From: Nitrospirota bacterium
Lineage (GTDB): Bacteria; Nitrospirota; JACRHJ01
Length of the DNA: 64,000 nucleotides
Direction of reading: 5' to 3'
Assembly (NCBI GenBank): GCA_963845245.1
Contig: CAWJRJ010000016.1
Span: 1-64,000, forward strand
Position numbers and translations under genes: made by a program. Shown piece after piece: positions 52,171 to 61,511 of this stretch. Under the pieces are notes generated by a model, which saw only the letters and a program-made list of their open reading frames with translations, ran no database searches and had not been told where the DNA came from. Each line of letters begins with the position of its first letter. Position 1 is the first letter of the stretch.

Positions 52171-52851
52171 ATGCATATACCGGATGGATATTTGGGACCT
52201 CAGACATACGTGCCGCTTTACGGGGTGTCGATTGGTTTCTGGGCAGTCGCCCTGAAGAAAATAAAGAAAGAGCTTTCCGCGAAGCAGGTGCCGTACCTCT
52301 CGATGGCGGCGGCTTTTTCGTTTCTTATAATGATGTTCAATGTGCCGATACCCGGCGGTACGACCGGCCACGCGGTTGGAGGGGCGATAATAGCAATATT
52401 GCTGGGGCCATGGACTGCGGTAATTGCCGTGTCCGTCGCACTGATAATACAGGCCATCGTATTCGGCGACGGGGGGATTACGGCTATCGGGGCCAACTGC
52501 TTCAACATGGCCATAGTGCTGCCGTTTGTTTCCTACTGGATATTTAAACTCGTGAACGGAAACTCAAAGGATGGCGGAAGGATGTACATAGCATCGTTTC
52601 TTTCAGGGTACCTGGGTCTTGTCGTAGCTGCAACGCTCACCGGCATCGAGTTCGGTATCCAGCCTATGATTGCCACTGCCGCCGACGGTGCGCCCCTTTA
52701 TGCGCCATACCCGCTGTCGGTTGCGGTGCCGGCAATGGCAGTTGAGCATCTGATACTTTTCGGCCTGGTCGAAGGAATGGTTACGGCCTTGCTTGTAAAA
52801 TCCTTCGTAAAGAACGAGGCCGAGACCATGTTCGCTTTGAGGGAGGCATAA
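52171..52851 (+). CDS. Second Ni-type ECF S component NikM/CbiM
   Basis: MHIPDGYLGP; near-colinear paralog of the 46942 N-terminal domain. Confidence 0.92.
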   Translation: MHIPDGYLGPQTYVPLYGVSIGFWAVALKKIKKELSAKQVPYLSMAAAFSFLIMMFNVPIPGGTTGHAVGGAIIAILLGPWTAVIAVSVALIIQAIVFGDGGITAIGANCFNMAIVLPFVSYWIFKLVNGNSKDGGRMYIASFLSGYLGLVVAATLTGIEFGIQPMIATAADGAPLYAPYPLSVAVPAMAVEHLILFGLVEGMVTALLVKSFVKNEAETMFALREA

Positions 52852-52853
52852 TC

Positions 52854-53198
52854 ATGACTAAATTTCAAAAGAAGCTATGGACAGGCATCGGCATTATGGC
52901 GCTCATTTCACCGATAGGCATAATTCTTCCGGAAAAGTTCAAGGCCGGTGACGCCTGGGGAGAGTGGGGAACGGATACCATCAAAGAGATGCTCGGGTAC
53001 GTCCCGAAAGGGCTTGAGAGGCTGAGCGGACTTTGGAACCCGCCCATGCCGGATTACGGATTCAGGGGCGAGAACGCGGCCCCGGCTGTTCAGTATGGCG
53101 CCTATATCGTTTCCGGGATTTTAGGTATTGCCCTGGTCTGGCTTGTCGTGTTACTGATAAAAAAGACGTTGCTTAAACAGACGGAGGATGGCCAATAA
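52854..53198 (+). CDS. PDGLE/NikN auxiliary component
   Basis: Two TMs with AWGEWG...LWNPPMPDY. Confidence 0.85.
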   Translation: MTKFQKKLWTGIGIMALISPIGIILPEKFKAGDAWGEWGTDTIKEMLGYVPKGLERLSGLWNPPMPDYGFRGENAAPAVQYGAYIVSGILGIALVWLVVLLIKKTLLKQTEDGQ

Positions 53199-53214
53199 TA
53201 TCCAGACTTTTAAC

Positions 53215-53243
53215 TTGACAACGAAGTACTGTTAGATTATATT
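53215..53243 (+). promoter_or_regulatory. Sigma70 promoter of the cobalt ECF operon
   Basis: TTGACA-N17-TATATT immediately before the riboswitch. Confidence 0.7.
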
Positions 53244-53249
53244 TTAAAA

Positions 53250-53415
53250 AGTTTTGGTGCCCTTAACCGGGCTTAATAGGGAATCCTGTTAAAATCAGGA
53301 GCGGATCCGCCGCTGTAACCGGTGACGAAACCCAATTAGATGCCACTGCCCCGTTTATCGGGGTGGGAAGGCGTGGGGAGTAGGAAGACCCGGGAGCCAG
53401 AAGACCTACCAGGAT
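53250..53415 (+). ncRNA. Cobalamin (B12) riboswitch
   Basis: GGTGC...AATAGGGAA...CCGCCGCTGTAA...GCCACTG...GGGAAGG...GAGCCAGAAGACCTACC (B12 box) upstream of cbiMNQO. Confidence 0.93.
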
Positions 53416-53490
53416 ATATCCCTAATTCAGTCTCCGACGATAAAGGAGTTTAGGGCGCACAATATACAGGGTGGATTATAAAAACGGATA

Positions 53491-53528
53491 ATCCCCCCAG
53501 GCCTTTAAGGCTGTGGGGGGATTTTTTT
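53491..53528 (+). terminator. Riboswitch-controlled intrinsic terminator
   Basis: ATCCCCCCAGGCC-TTTAA-GGCTGTGGGGGGAT followed by a T-run, between aptamer and cbiM. Confidence 0.8.
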
Positions 53529-53559
53529 GTTTCTTCAGAATTTTTAACGGAGGTGTGAA

Positions 53560-54310
53560 GTGAGTGGAAAACGCTTTGTTGTCATAGGTGCAGCCCTTAT
53601 GCTTTTTGCAATACCTGCTAATGCGCATGCGATGCACATCAGCGAGGGAATACTGCCGTTCAACTGGGCGGCGTTATGGTTTGCCGTGGCGACGCCTTTT
53701 GTGGCCATGGGGCTTTATAAACTTAAAAAGGACAAGACCGTCGGCAGGATAAAGCCGCTTCTCGGCATGGTGGCCGCGGCAATATTCATAATCTCTTGCA
53801 TGCCCATACCTGTGCCGACGGCAGGCACCTGCTCGCACCCGGCCGGGACCGCGATGGCGGCGATACTGATAGGGCCGTTGTACAGCATACTCGCCACGGC
53901 AGTAGCGCTTTTGCTCCAGGCGCTCTTCCTCGCGCACGGAGGCATAACCACCTGGGGGGCCAACATCACTTCCATGGGGATAGTCGGTTCCTTCGCGGGG
54001 TATGCGGTATTCAAGGGGCTTACAAAGCTCAACGTGTCTTTGGTGGTAGCGGCCTTCTTTGCCGGGGTCATCGGGGACTGGGCGACGTACACGACAACGT
54101 CTTTTGAGCTTGCCTCCGCCCTGCATGGGCCGGGTGAGTTTGCACGCCTGTTCTATACCATACTGCTCGCATTCGTGCCGACCCAGCTCCCGCTCGGCAT
54201 CCTCGAAGGCTTCATGACGGCGGGGGCGGTAAAGTTCCTGTACAGCCGCAGGCCGGAGCTTTTTGGAGCAAAGAGTATTAACGCCGGCGGTAAGGGAGGT
54301 GGAGGCATGA
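53560..54310 (+). CDS. cbiM: Cobalt ECF S component CbiM (stop apparently lost through a frameshift ~54275)
   Basis: Signal peptide then AMHISEGILP, GTCSHPAG, LAHGGITTWGAN, TQLPLGILEG; alternative frame ends ..VREVEA* at ATGA 54307-54310. Confidence 0.88.
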
Positions 54311-54593
54311 AAAAGATAGTACTCATTCTTGTATGTTCACTGATGTTGTGCCTTTCGGTTGTCGTTGGCTTATGCCGCCGAAGAAAAGTGGCCAGGGCGT
54401 GGACGACACGGTGGTGGAAAAATATGCCGAGGAGCATGGCCGTCCCCCAAAGCCACACCTTATAGAGCCTGAGGGCGATGCGCTGCTGTTCGCATTTCTG
54501 ATTGCGGGCGTCGTCGGAGGTTTCACTATGGGCTATTACTACCGGGATTTCATGGCAAAAAAGGGCGTCGAAGGAAAAACAAATGCGGGTTGA
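54307..54593 (+). CDS. cbiN: CbiN-like small component (frameshifted)
   Basis: GGAGG-ATG; rebuilt ..AEEKWQGVDDTVVEKYAEEHGRPP...GDALLFAFLIAGVVGGF..GYY. Confidence 0.72.
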
Positions 54594-55347
54594 GACGTTC
54601 TCCGAATCCTACGTCAATAAAGACGGGTTTATACGGGGCATGGATTCCAGGGCCAAGATACTGTTTGTCGCGGCCTGCCTGCTGCTTGCCGTGGTCTCTT
54701 CAAACCCGGTGGTGCCGGTTACGGTTGGCGCGGTCTGCCTTGTGCTTGTTGCCGTGTCCGGCGCGCCTCTTTGGGCGGTGGCGCTTCGGATGTCCGAGCC
54801 GCTTATATTTGCCGCCATACTTGCGGCCATGCAGGTGTTTCTCACCCGTGGCGAAACTATTGCAAGCCTCGGCCTTTTCGGAATGTCCTTTTCAATCAGC
54901 GCAGTTGGGCTGCATAAGGGCATCCTGATAATGTCGAGGGTATTCGGCGCAGTGTCGTCCGTGCTTTTCCTCACCATGACGACGCCGGTACACAGGCTTC
55001 TCTCCGCCGCCGCAAGGCTCAGGGCGCCGAAGGCGCTCGTCGAGATATCGCTTTTCGCCTACCGGTATATTTTCGTTCTGATAGAGGACGCAATCACCAT
55101 ATACCATGCGCAGAAAGGGAGGCTTGGCTACGCAGGTTTTGGGCGCGGCATCAGGTCGCTGGCAACTCTTGCGGGCTCCGTGTTTCTCCGCGCGTTCAAC
55201 CAGGCCGAGGCGACCGGCGAGTCTATGGCCATGCGCGGGTATACCGGCGAGTACATACCTTCCTTCAATGAAAAACTCCGGCCACGTGATGCACTATTAC
55301 TTGGGACGCTTTTCTCTGTCTGCCTTGCCGTGAACCTATGGATGTGA
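54583..55347 (+). CDS. cbiQ: Cobalt ECF T component CbiQ
   Basis: MDSRAK, YRYIFVL, AQKGRLGY, AMRGY. Confidence 0.9.
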   Translation: MRVETFSESYVNKDGFIRGMDSRAKILFVAACLLLAVVSSNPVVPVTVGAVCLVLVAVSGAPLWAVALRMSEPLIFAAILAAMQVFLTRGETIASLGLFGMSFSISAVGLHKGILIMSRVFGAVSSVLFLTMTTPVHRLLSAAARLRAPKALVEISLFAYRYIFVLIEDAITIYHAQKGRLGYAGFGRGIRSLATLAGSVFLRAFNQAEATGESMAMRGYTGEYIPSFNEKLRPRDALLLGTLFSVCLAVNLWM

Positions 55348-56177
55348 TAACCGCAACAGGCCTTTCCTATTCCTACCCCGACGGCACAAAGGCGCTGGAG
55401 GACGTGAATTTCCGCGTCGGCAAGGGCGAGTTCATAGGCCTTCTCGCCTCGAACGGCTCCGGCAAGACTACGCTCCTTAAGATGCTCTCCGGCATGATAA
55501 AGCCCGAGAAGGGCGCTATCGAGGTGAACGGCAGGCCGCTCTCGAAGATTGCCCAGAAGGAGCTTTTCCGCATGATGGGGATGGTGTTCCAGAACCCCGC
55601 CGACCAGCTCTTCTCCGCGACCGTCGCGGACGACGTCGCCTTCGGGCCGACCAACATGGGGCTTCCTCAGGCGGAGATAGAGAAGCGGGTATCCGATGCG
55701 CTTGATGCCGTGGGTATACGCGAGCTTGCAAAAAAGCCGGTGCAGAGGCTGAGCTTCGGACAGCAGAAGCGCGCCTGCATCGCGGGGCTGCTCGCGATGG
55801 GGCAGGATATCATGCTGCTGGATGAGCCGACGGCGGGGCTCGACCCGATGGGCGAGTACAGGATAATGGAGCTTCTGATGAAGCTCAACCGCGAGAAGGG
55901 CATCACGATGGTGATGTCCACGCACAACGTGGACATGGTGCCGCTGTTTATAGACAGGCTCTATATACTGAGCAAGGGCAGGGTGGCCCGCGAGGGGACT
56001 CCCGCCGAGGTGTTCAACGCCTCGTCAGACCTCTCCGGCGTGAAGCTGCGGCTTCCGCAGATTGCCGAGCTTATCGAGCAGATGAAGGAGAAGGACTCGG
56101 TGCATTTCGAGAGGCTCCCGCTCACCATCGGCGAGGCACGGCGTGCGCTTGTAAAGAAGATGCCGGGGAGAGGGTAG
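55338..56177 (+). CDS. cbiO: Cobalt ECF ATPase CbiO
   Basis: SNGSGKTT, FQNPADQLF, LSFGQQKR, LDEPTAGLDP. Confidence 0.92.
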   Translation: MDVITATGLSYSYPDGTKALEDVNFRVGKGEFIGLLASNGSGKTTLLKMLSGMIKPEKGAIEVNGRPLSKIAQKELFRMMGMVFQNPADQLFSATVADDVAFGPTNMGLPQAEIEKRVSDALDAVGIRELAKKPVQRLSFGQQKRACIAGLLAMGQDIMLLDEPTAGLDPMGEYRIMELLMKLNREKGITMVMSTHNVDMVPLFIDRLYILSKGRVAREGTPAEVFNASSDLSGVKLRLPQIAELIEQMKEKDSVHFERLPLTIGEARRALVKKMPGRG

Positions 56178-56178
56178 G

Positions 56179-56913
56179 TTAGTTTTTATTTGCCCCAGAT
56201 TCTAACAGTTCCTTTTCAATGCCGAGAGTACCGAGATCTTCCTCAGGCTTTGTAACCTCGTCCCTGAAGTTTCTGTACGGCAAACCATAATACTTAAGGG
56301 CACTCGGGCCGTCTTTGAACTTCCTTTGTGTAATAAATTCTTTATTAAGTGTGAATGTTAAGTTTTTGTTGTCCCATGTGTAGATACTTATTTTATATGT
56401 GTGCGGGTCGTAATGAGCCGCATCCCATTGAAATTCCCAGGTAATCATTCCATAGCCATATTTGCTGTTAATAAACCCGAGATAGATGCCGTTCTGGATG
56501 GACATAAAAATTGACTTGGGATTCAACAATGATATTTTCCCAGTCTTTTCCGATATAATTTTAATTTCAAAATTCACGTCAGACCCGCCCGGTGATACGG
56601 CAACGGCAAGCAATATAGGGTCTGGTAAACCTTTGATGTTAAAAAACCTGAAGCGAAGAAATGAATTGGTATATGCAAATTCATCAGCGGAGGTAAAAGA
56701 CTTGTCAAATTCTGCAGAAAATACAGTGTTCTTCCCATGCTGTAATATAATCATTGGAGGTTTGCCAAGTTCCTCAACTGCCATCGCAATCAAATCATCG
56801 TTGACCTTAAAATTAATTGATGCCGCTTGAGTTACCTTCGGCGATGCATAAGCTTGACCAGCCAATGCGAAGCTAAACAGGATGGCCACTATAGCTAATG
56901 ATATTATCTTCAT
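56179..56913 (-). CDS. Hypothetical exported protein, AT-rich
   Basis: 244-aa ORF with signal peptide (AYA-S); visibly more AT-rich than its neighbours. Confidence 0.7.
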   Translation of the reverse strand: MKIISLAIVAILFSFALAGQAYASPKVTQAASINFKVNDDLIAMAVEELGKPPMIILQHGKNTVFSAEFDKSFTSADEFAYTNSFLRFRFFNIKGLPDPILLAVAVSPGGSDVNFEIKIISEKTGKISLLNPKSIFMSIQNGIYLGFINSKYGYGMITWEFQWDAAHYDPHTYKISIYTWDNKNLTFTLNKEFITQRKFKDGPSALKYYGLPYRNFRDEVTKPEEDLGTLGIEKELLESGANKN

Positions 56914-57074
56914 TATTTTTTTATCCCGTCATTGTCCAGCCGCTATTTTTGTTTTCTGCAATTCCTATGTTTACTTATAAAACAATTAGAACACACCGTC
57001 AAGAAGTATTACTTCAAATGAATATAATTGGTTTCAAATAACCTGTTTGACTTTCCCCTCCGTATAATCTAATC

Positions 57075-58289
57075 TTGAAACCCATGCAAGCTTCCGCAAG
57101 ATTCTCCCGTATCATCATAATAGTCCTCGACGGCTTCGGTGTCGGCGAGCTGCCGGACGCAGCATTGTACGACGACGTCGGCTCGAACACGCTCGGCAAC
57201 ATGGCGCGGGTGCTGGGCGGGCTGTCACTTCCGAACCTCGAAGCGTTGGGCCTTGGCAACATCGGCGAGTTCGACGGAATAAAGAAGGTCACGGCCTGCA
57301 CCGGGTGCTTCGGCAAGATGGCCGAGGTCTCGGCGGGCAAGGACACCACCACCGGCCACTGGGAGATGACAGGCATACACCTGGACAAGCCATTCCCGGT
57401 ATACCCGCACGGCTTCCCGCCTGAAATAATCGAACCGTTCAAGAAGGCCATCGGCACGGACATCCTGGCAAACCACATGGCTTCCGGCATCGAAGTCATA
57501 GATAACTACGGGCAGCAGCACCTTGATACCGGCTTCCCCATCGTATATACATCAGTTGACAGCGTGTTCCAGATCGCAGCGCATAAAGATATCATACCAG
57601 TACCCCGACTTTATGAGATATGCCTGGAGGCCAGGCGGATACTCACCGGAAGGCACGGCGTCGGGCGTGTTATAGCCAGGCCGTTCGAGGGCAGGCCGGG
57701 CTCATTCAGGCGCACGTATGAGAGGAAGGACTTCTCGCTGATGCCGCCGGAGGACACACTGCTGGACATCGCGAGCAGTGCTGGGCTTCCTGTGGTTGGC
57801 ATAGGCAAGATAGAGGATATATTCTCCGGGCGGGGCTTGACGACGAAGGTGCATACCGAGGGAAACGCGGACGGGATGCGAAAGACGCTCGACGCGGTGA
57901 AAAAAACCGAGAAGGGCATTATATTTACAAACCTTGTGGACTTTGATATGCTGTTTGGACACAGGAACGACCCGGTAGGCTATTATGGGGCGCTCCGAGA
58001 GTTCGACGGCTGGCTTCCTGGGCTGATGGCGGAGATGAAAGCTGACGACCTGCTGTTTATAACCGCAGACCACGGCTGCGACCCGGTGACGCCTTCTACT
58101 GAGCATTCAAGGGAATACGTGCCGCTCCTCGTATATGGGCCGGGAATAAAAGGTGGGATAGACCTGGGGATACGCGAGACGTTCTCGGACCTTGGTGCGA
58201 CTGCCGCCGAGGCGCTGGGGTTGAGGTTTTCTAAGGGCAGCAGCTTGTTAAATAAGATAACGGCAGATTCTTCGCAGCGCCCAGATTGA
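57075..58289 (+). CDS. deoB: Phosphopentomutase
   Basis: [53 protein letters not shown]. Confidence 0.95.
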   Translation: MKPMQASARFSRIIIIVLDGFGVGELPDAALYDDVGSNTLGNMARVLGGLSLPNLEALGLGNIGEFDGIKKVTACTGCFGKMAEVSAGKDTTTGHWEMTGIHLDKPFPVYPHGFPPEIIEPFKKAIGTDILANHMASGIEVIDNYGQQHLDTGFPIVYTSVDSVFQIAAHKDIIPVPRLYEICLEARRILTGRHGVGRVIARPFEGRPGSFRRTYERKDFSLMPPEDTLLDIASSAGLPVVGIGKIEDIFSGRGLTTKVHTEGNADGMRKTLDAVKKTEKGIIFTNLVDFDMLFGHRNDPVGYYGALREFDGWLPGLMAEMKADDLLFITADHGCDPVTPSTEHSREYVPLLVYGPGIKGGIDLGIRETFSDLGATAAEALGLRFSKGSSLLNKITADSSQRPD

Positions 58290-58363
58290 CAATTGGCGGG
58301 GCGGAGCCCGGCATGAAAGTTTCTTTGGTTACTTTCTTTTTAAAGAAAGCAACAAGGGGTTTT

Positions 58364-59397
58364 TTGAATATACGACAACAGACTGAAGACATAGAGTTGC
58401 GGATATTGCACCCGAGGGCGGCGCGCGCTGCCGAATCGAAGGGACGCGCCAAGCCCGAGAAAGAGGGCATAATCCGCACCGCCTACCAGCACGACCGCGA
58501 CCGTATACTCCATTCAAAATCGTTCCGCAGACTGAAGCACAAGACGCAGGTGTTCCTCTCCCCTGAGGGCGACCACTACCGCACCAGGCTAACGCATACC
58601 CTGGAAGTAAGCCAGATAGCCAGGACGATTGCGCGCGCCTGAGGCTGAACGAGGACCTGACAGAGGCGATCGCGCTGGGGCACGACCTGGGGCATACGCC
58701 GTTCGGGCATGCGGGCGAGGCTGTGCTGAACGCCATATACAAGGACGGCTTCAACCACTACGAGCAGAGCCTGAGGGTGGTGGACGTGCTTGAGAAGGGC
58801 GGCCAGGGCCTGAACCTGACATTCGAGGTGCGGGACGGGATATTATGCCACTCGAAGGGCAAGGGCGGGGTCTTCACAAAGGACGCGAAGGGCCGCGCGG
58901 AGACGCTGGAAGGGCAGATCGTGCGGGTGGCGGACGGCATCGCATACGCCAACCACGACCTTGACGACGCAGTGCGGGCAAAGGTGATAAAGATATCAGA
59001 CGTCCCGGCCGGGATAATAAAGATCCTGGGCAACTCACATGCAAAGAGGATAGATACGATGGTCAAGGACGTGATTTTCTCGAGCCTTGACGGCGGCCTT
59101 GAGGAGATAAGGATGGGTGACGAGGTGCGTATCGCCACAGAGGAACTCCGGGCTTTTCTGTTTGAGAACGTATACGAGAACAAGGCCACCCATGTTGAAT
59201 TCATGAAGGCCACCAAGGTGCTGACCGACTTTTTCAATTACTTTATGGAGAACCCCGGCCCGTTCGACAGGCCCGGGCGTGAAGCCACAGATGACAGGGG
59301 CAGGCTGGTCTGCGACTTCATAGCGGGGATGACTGACAGGTACGCCCTGAAGCTCTACGAGGACCTGTTCATACCCAGACCCTGGGCGGAGCTTTAG
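58364..59397 (+). CDS. dgt: dGTP triphosphohydrolase (HD superfamily); 1-nt deletion at ~58640
   Basis: [37 protein letters not shown], then [36 protein letters not shown]. Confidence 0.92.
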
Positions 59398-59398
59398 G

Positions 59399-60175
59399 AT
59401 GGAAGACAAGAAAAACTGCGTCGGCCCGCTTCTTAATGGCGACATACATTACTTCAGGCTCCCGGAGGTGCTGCAGCTTATTGCCATGCAGTGGCTCACC
59501 GGGCGGCTGTCCCTCCGCACTGAAGACAAGAGGGTCGATATCTATATCCGGAAAGGGAAGGTCGCCTTTGCGACGGGTGACGACAGGGGGGCGAACGAGC
59601 AGCTTGGCTCACTACTTGTAAGGATGGGCAAGCTCGACCAAGGTGCCGTGGATAGGGCTCTGGCCAAAAGCCGCGAGACAGGAGAAAAGCTGGGCAGGGT
59701 GCTTATAGAAAGCGGTGTGGCAGACAGAGACGTAATCCGTGCCGCACTTTTCAAGCAGACGGAACGCTCCATATACAAGGCCATGGGGTGGGGCGAGGGG
59801 AGCTTTTCCTTCGAGCGCTGCGCAATGCCGGATTTCGTAGAGGACATCCCACTCGAGCTGACGGTGGAAAGCCTGATACTCGAAGGAGTGCGGCGCATAG
59901 GCGAGGAGCGCGCAATAGCGGAGAAGATACCGAGCCTGAGCGTTATATTCACAAGGCCTATGTACACCCCGGAACAGCTCGAAGGCTTGGGCCTTAAAGG
60001 CCATGAGCGGCCGGTGCTGGAGCTTGTCGACGGCAAGCGTGATATCAAGGAGCTTATCAATATAAGCGGCCTTGGCGAGATAGATATGCTTAGGGCCCTT
60101 TTTGCGCTCTACTCCGCAGGATTTGTCAGGAAATACGAGCCCACCGCAAGCCCTTACCGCACCCAATACCTCTAG
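59399..60175 (+). CDS. DUF4388 domain protein
   Basis: LNGDIHYFRLPEVLQLI..TGRL, WGEGSFSFE, LILEGVRRI, LVDGKRDI. Confidence 0.8.
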   Translation: MEDKKNCVGPLLNGDIHYFRLPEVLQLIAMQWLTGRLSLRTEDKRVDIYIRKGKVAFATGDDRGANEQLGSLLVRMGKLDQGAVDRALAKSRETGEKLGRVLIESGVADRDVIRAALFKQTERSIYKAMGWGEGSFSFERCAMPDFVEDIPLELTVESLILEGVRRIGEERAIAEKIPSLSVIFTRPMYTPEQLEGLGLKGHERPVLELVDGKRDIKELINISGLGEIDMLRALFALYSAGFVRKYEPTASPYRTQYL

Positions 60176-60306
60176 ACGCCCCTTAAAAAACAATTAATCA
60201 CAAAAACATTGATTTTAATTATGTTTTGTATTATAAATATCAATGGGATATTATCCATAGGTATGTCGCCATCTTATAGTTTTAGTTCATGGCTCGGGAG
60301 GGCTAA

Positions 60307-61431
60307 ATGGCTCACAAGCTTCTTTTGGCTGACGACAGCATAACGATTCAAAAAGTGGTTGAGCTGACACTTTCCGAAGAGGATTTTGAAGTCACGGCAG
60401 TCGGTGATGGTGAGTCGGCCCTTGAAGCCGCGAAAAAACTTGTACCGGATATTATCCTTGCCGACGTGTTCATGCCCAAGATGGACGGATACGAGCTTTG
60501 CGGAAAGCTCCGGCAGGAGCCCTCACTGAAGGGCATCCCGGTGATCCTGCTGGCCGGAACGTTCGAGAACTTCGATGACGCGCTCGCCGCGAAGGTCGGC
60601 GCGGACGACCACATCACCAAGCCGTTCGAGTCGGCCGAACTGATCGCAATGGTAAAAAGGCTTGTCGAAAGGCGCTCAGCGCCTCCTGTCCTGGAGGCTG
60701 AGCTAGTCGAAGATGCCCTGTTCGCCGATGAGATAATCGAAGCGGCGCCTGAGGCTGAGGCAGATGCAGACGACCTCTGGAGCGTCGTCGACATGGCCAG
60801 CGAAGAGCAGCCGTTATCCTCCGCTACTGAAATACTGTCAGAGGAAGACCTCTGGAAACGAGCCAACATCCATGAAGAGGAGGCCCCGTCCAATGCGCAG
60901 GAAGTAGGCATTGCCTGGGATGACCTGTCAGCCGAGCCACTGGAAGCTGAACCTGCAACGCTTGACGAGGATTTCCTCCCGGAGGTGCAGATAGAGGAAG
61001 AGTCTGCGATGGAGGCAACGGCAATCCTGAACCTGGACGATTTCGGCCCTGCGCCCGAATTTGCAGAAGCTGAAGATGAGGTTGAAGAAATCAGCGCCGT
61101 GGAGGTTGCCGACGAGCCTGAATCCACGCAGATTTTTTCCTTTGAGAACCTGAGTCAGGCTGCTTCGGAGAAAGAGTTCCTGCCCGAGCCCGAGCCCATC
61201 TCCATGCCTGCGCAGCGCCCGGTCCAGTCTGCCGCGCCGGGGATGTCTCAAGAAGCGATGCGAGAAGAGGTTGCGAGGGCGGTCCGCGGTATTATAGACC
61301 AGAAAGTAAAAGAGGCCCTTGCGGGCATAAGCAGGGAGATGATCGAGCAGGTCGTATGGGAGGTGGTCCCGGACCTGGCTGAAGAAATAATCGAAAGAGA
61401 AATACAGAAATTAAAAACAGGTGTTATCTGA
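60307..61431 (+). CDS. romR: RomR-like response regulator (receiver, acidic linker, RomR-C tail)
   Basis: LLADDSITIQKV...IPVILLAGTFE.FD...DDHITKPFES; C-terminal IEQVVWEVVPDLAEEIIEREI matches the RomR-C signature as recalled. Confidence 0.8.
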   Translation: MAHKLLLADDSITIQKVVELTLSEEDFEVTAVGDGESALEAAKKLVPDIILADVFMPKMDGYELCGKLRQEPSLKGIPVILLAGTFENFDDALAAKVGADDHITKPFESAELIAMVKRLVERRSAPPVLEAELVEDALFADEIIEAAPEAEADADDLWSVVDMASEEQPLSSATEILSEEDLWKRANIHEEEAPSNAQEVGIAWDDLSAEPLEAEPATLDEDFLPEVQIEEESAMEATAILNLDDFGPAPEFAEAEDEVEEISAVEVADEPESTQIFSFENLSQAASEKEFLPEPEPISMPAQRPVQSAAPGMSQEAMREEVARAVRGIIDQKVKEALAGISREMIEQVVWEVVPDLAEEIIEREIQKLKTGVI

Positions 61432-61456
61432 AATAAAAAATGAGCAGTAGGTTTTG

Positions 61457-61492
61457 AAAACGGGTGAAGCTTAACGGTTCGCCCGTTTTTTT
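61457..61492 (+). terminator. Intrinsic terminator after romR-like gene
   Basis: AAAACGGGTGAA-GCTTAACGG-TTCGCCCGTTTTTTT. Confidence 0.75.
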
Positions 61493-61511
61493 ATCAACCG
61501 CGGTTTTCATA

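Noticed and set aside
53560..54465. Apparent CbiM-CbiN in-frame fusion
   Set aside because: GGAGG-ATG at 54307 and an alternative-frame stop overlapping it (ATGA) suggest two genes joined by an indel error
58630..58650. In-frame TGA in dgt as selenocysteine or readthrough
   Set aside because: The conserved sequence resumes in a different frame, so this is a 1-nt deletion
61464..61511. GTG start for the GT39 gene
   Set aside because: Lies within the upstream terminator hairpin; ATG 61512 is more plausible
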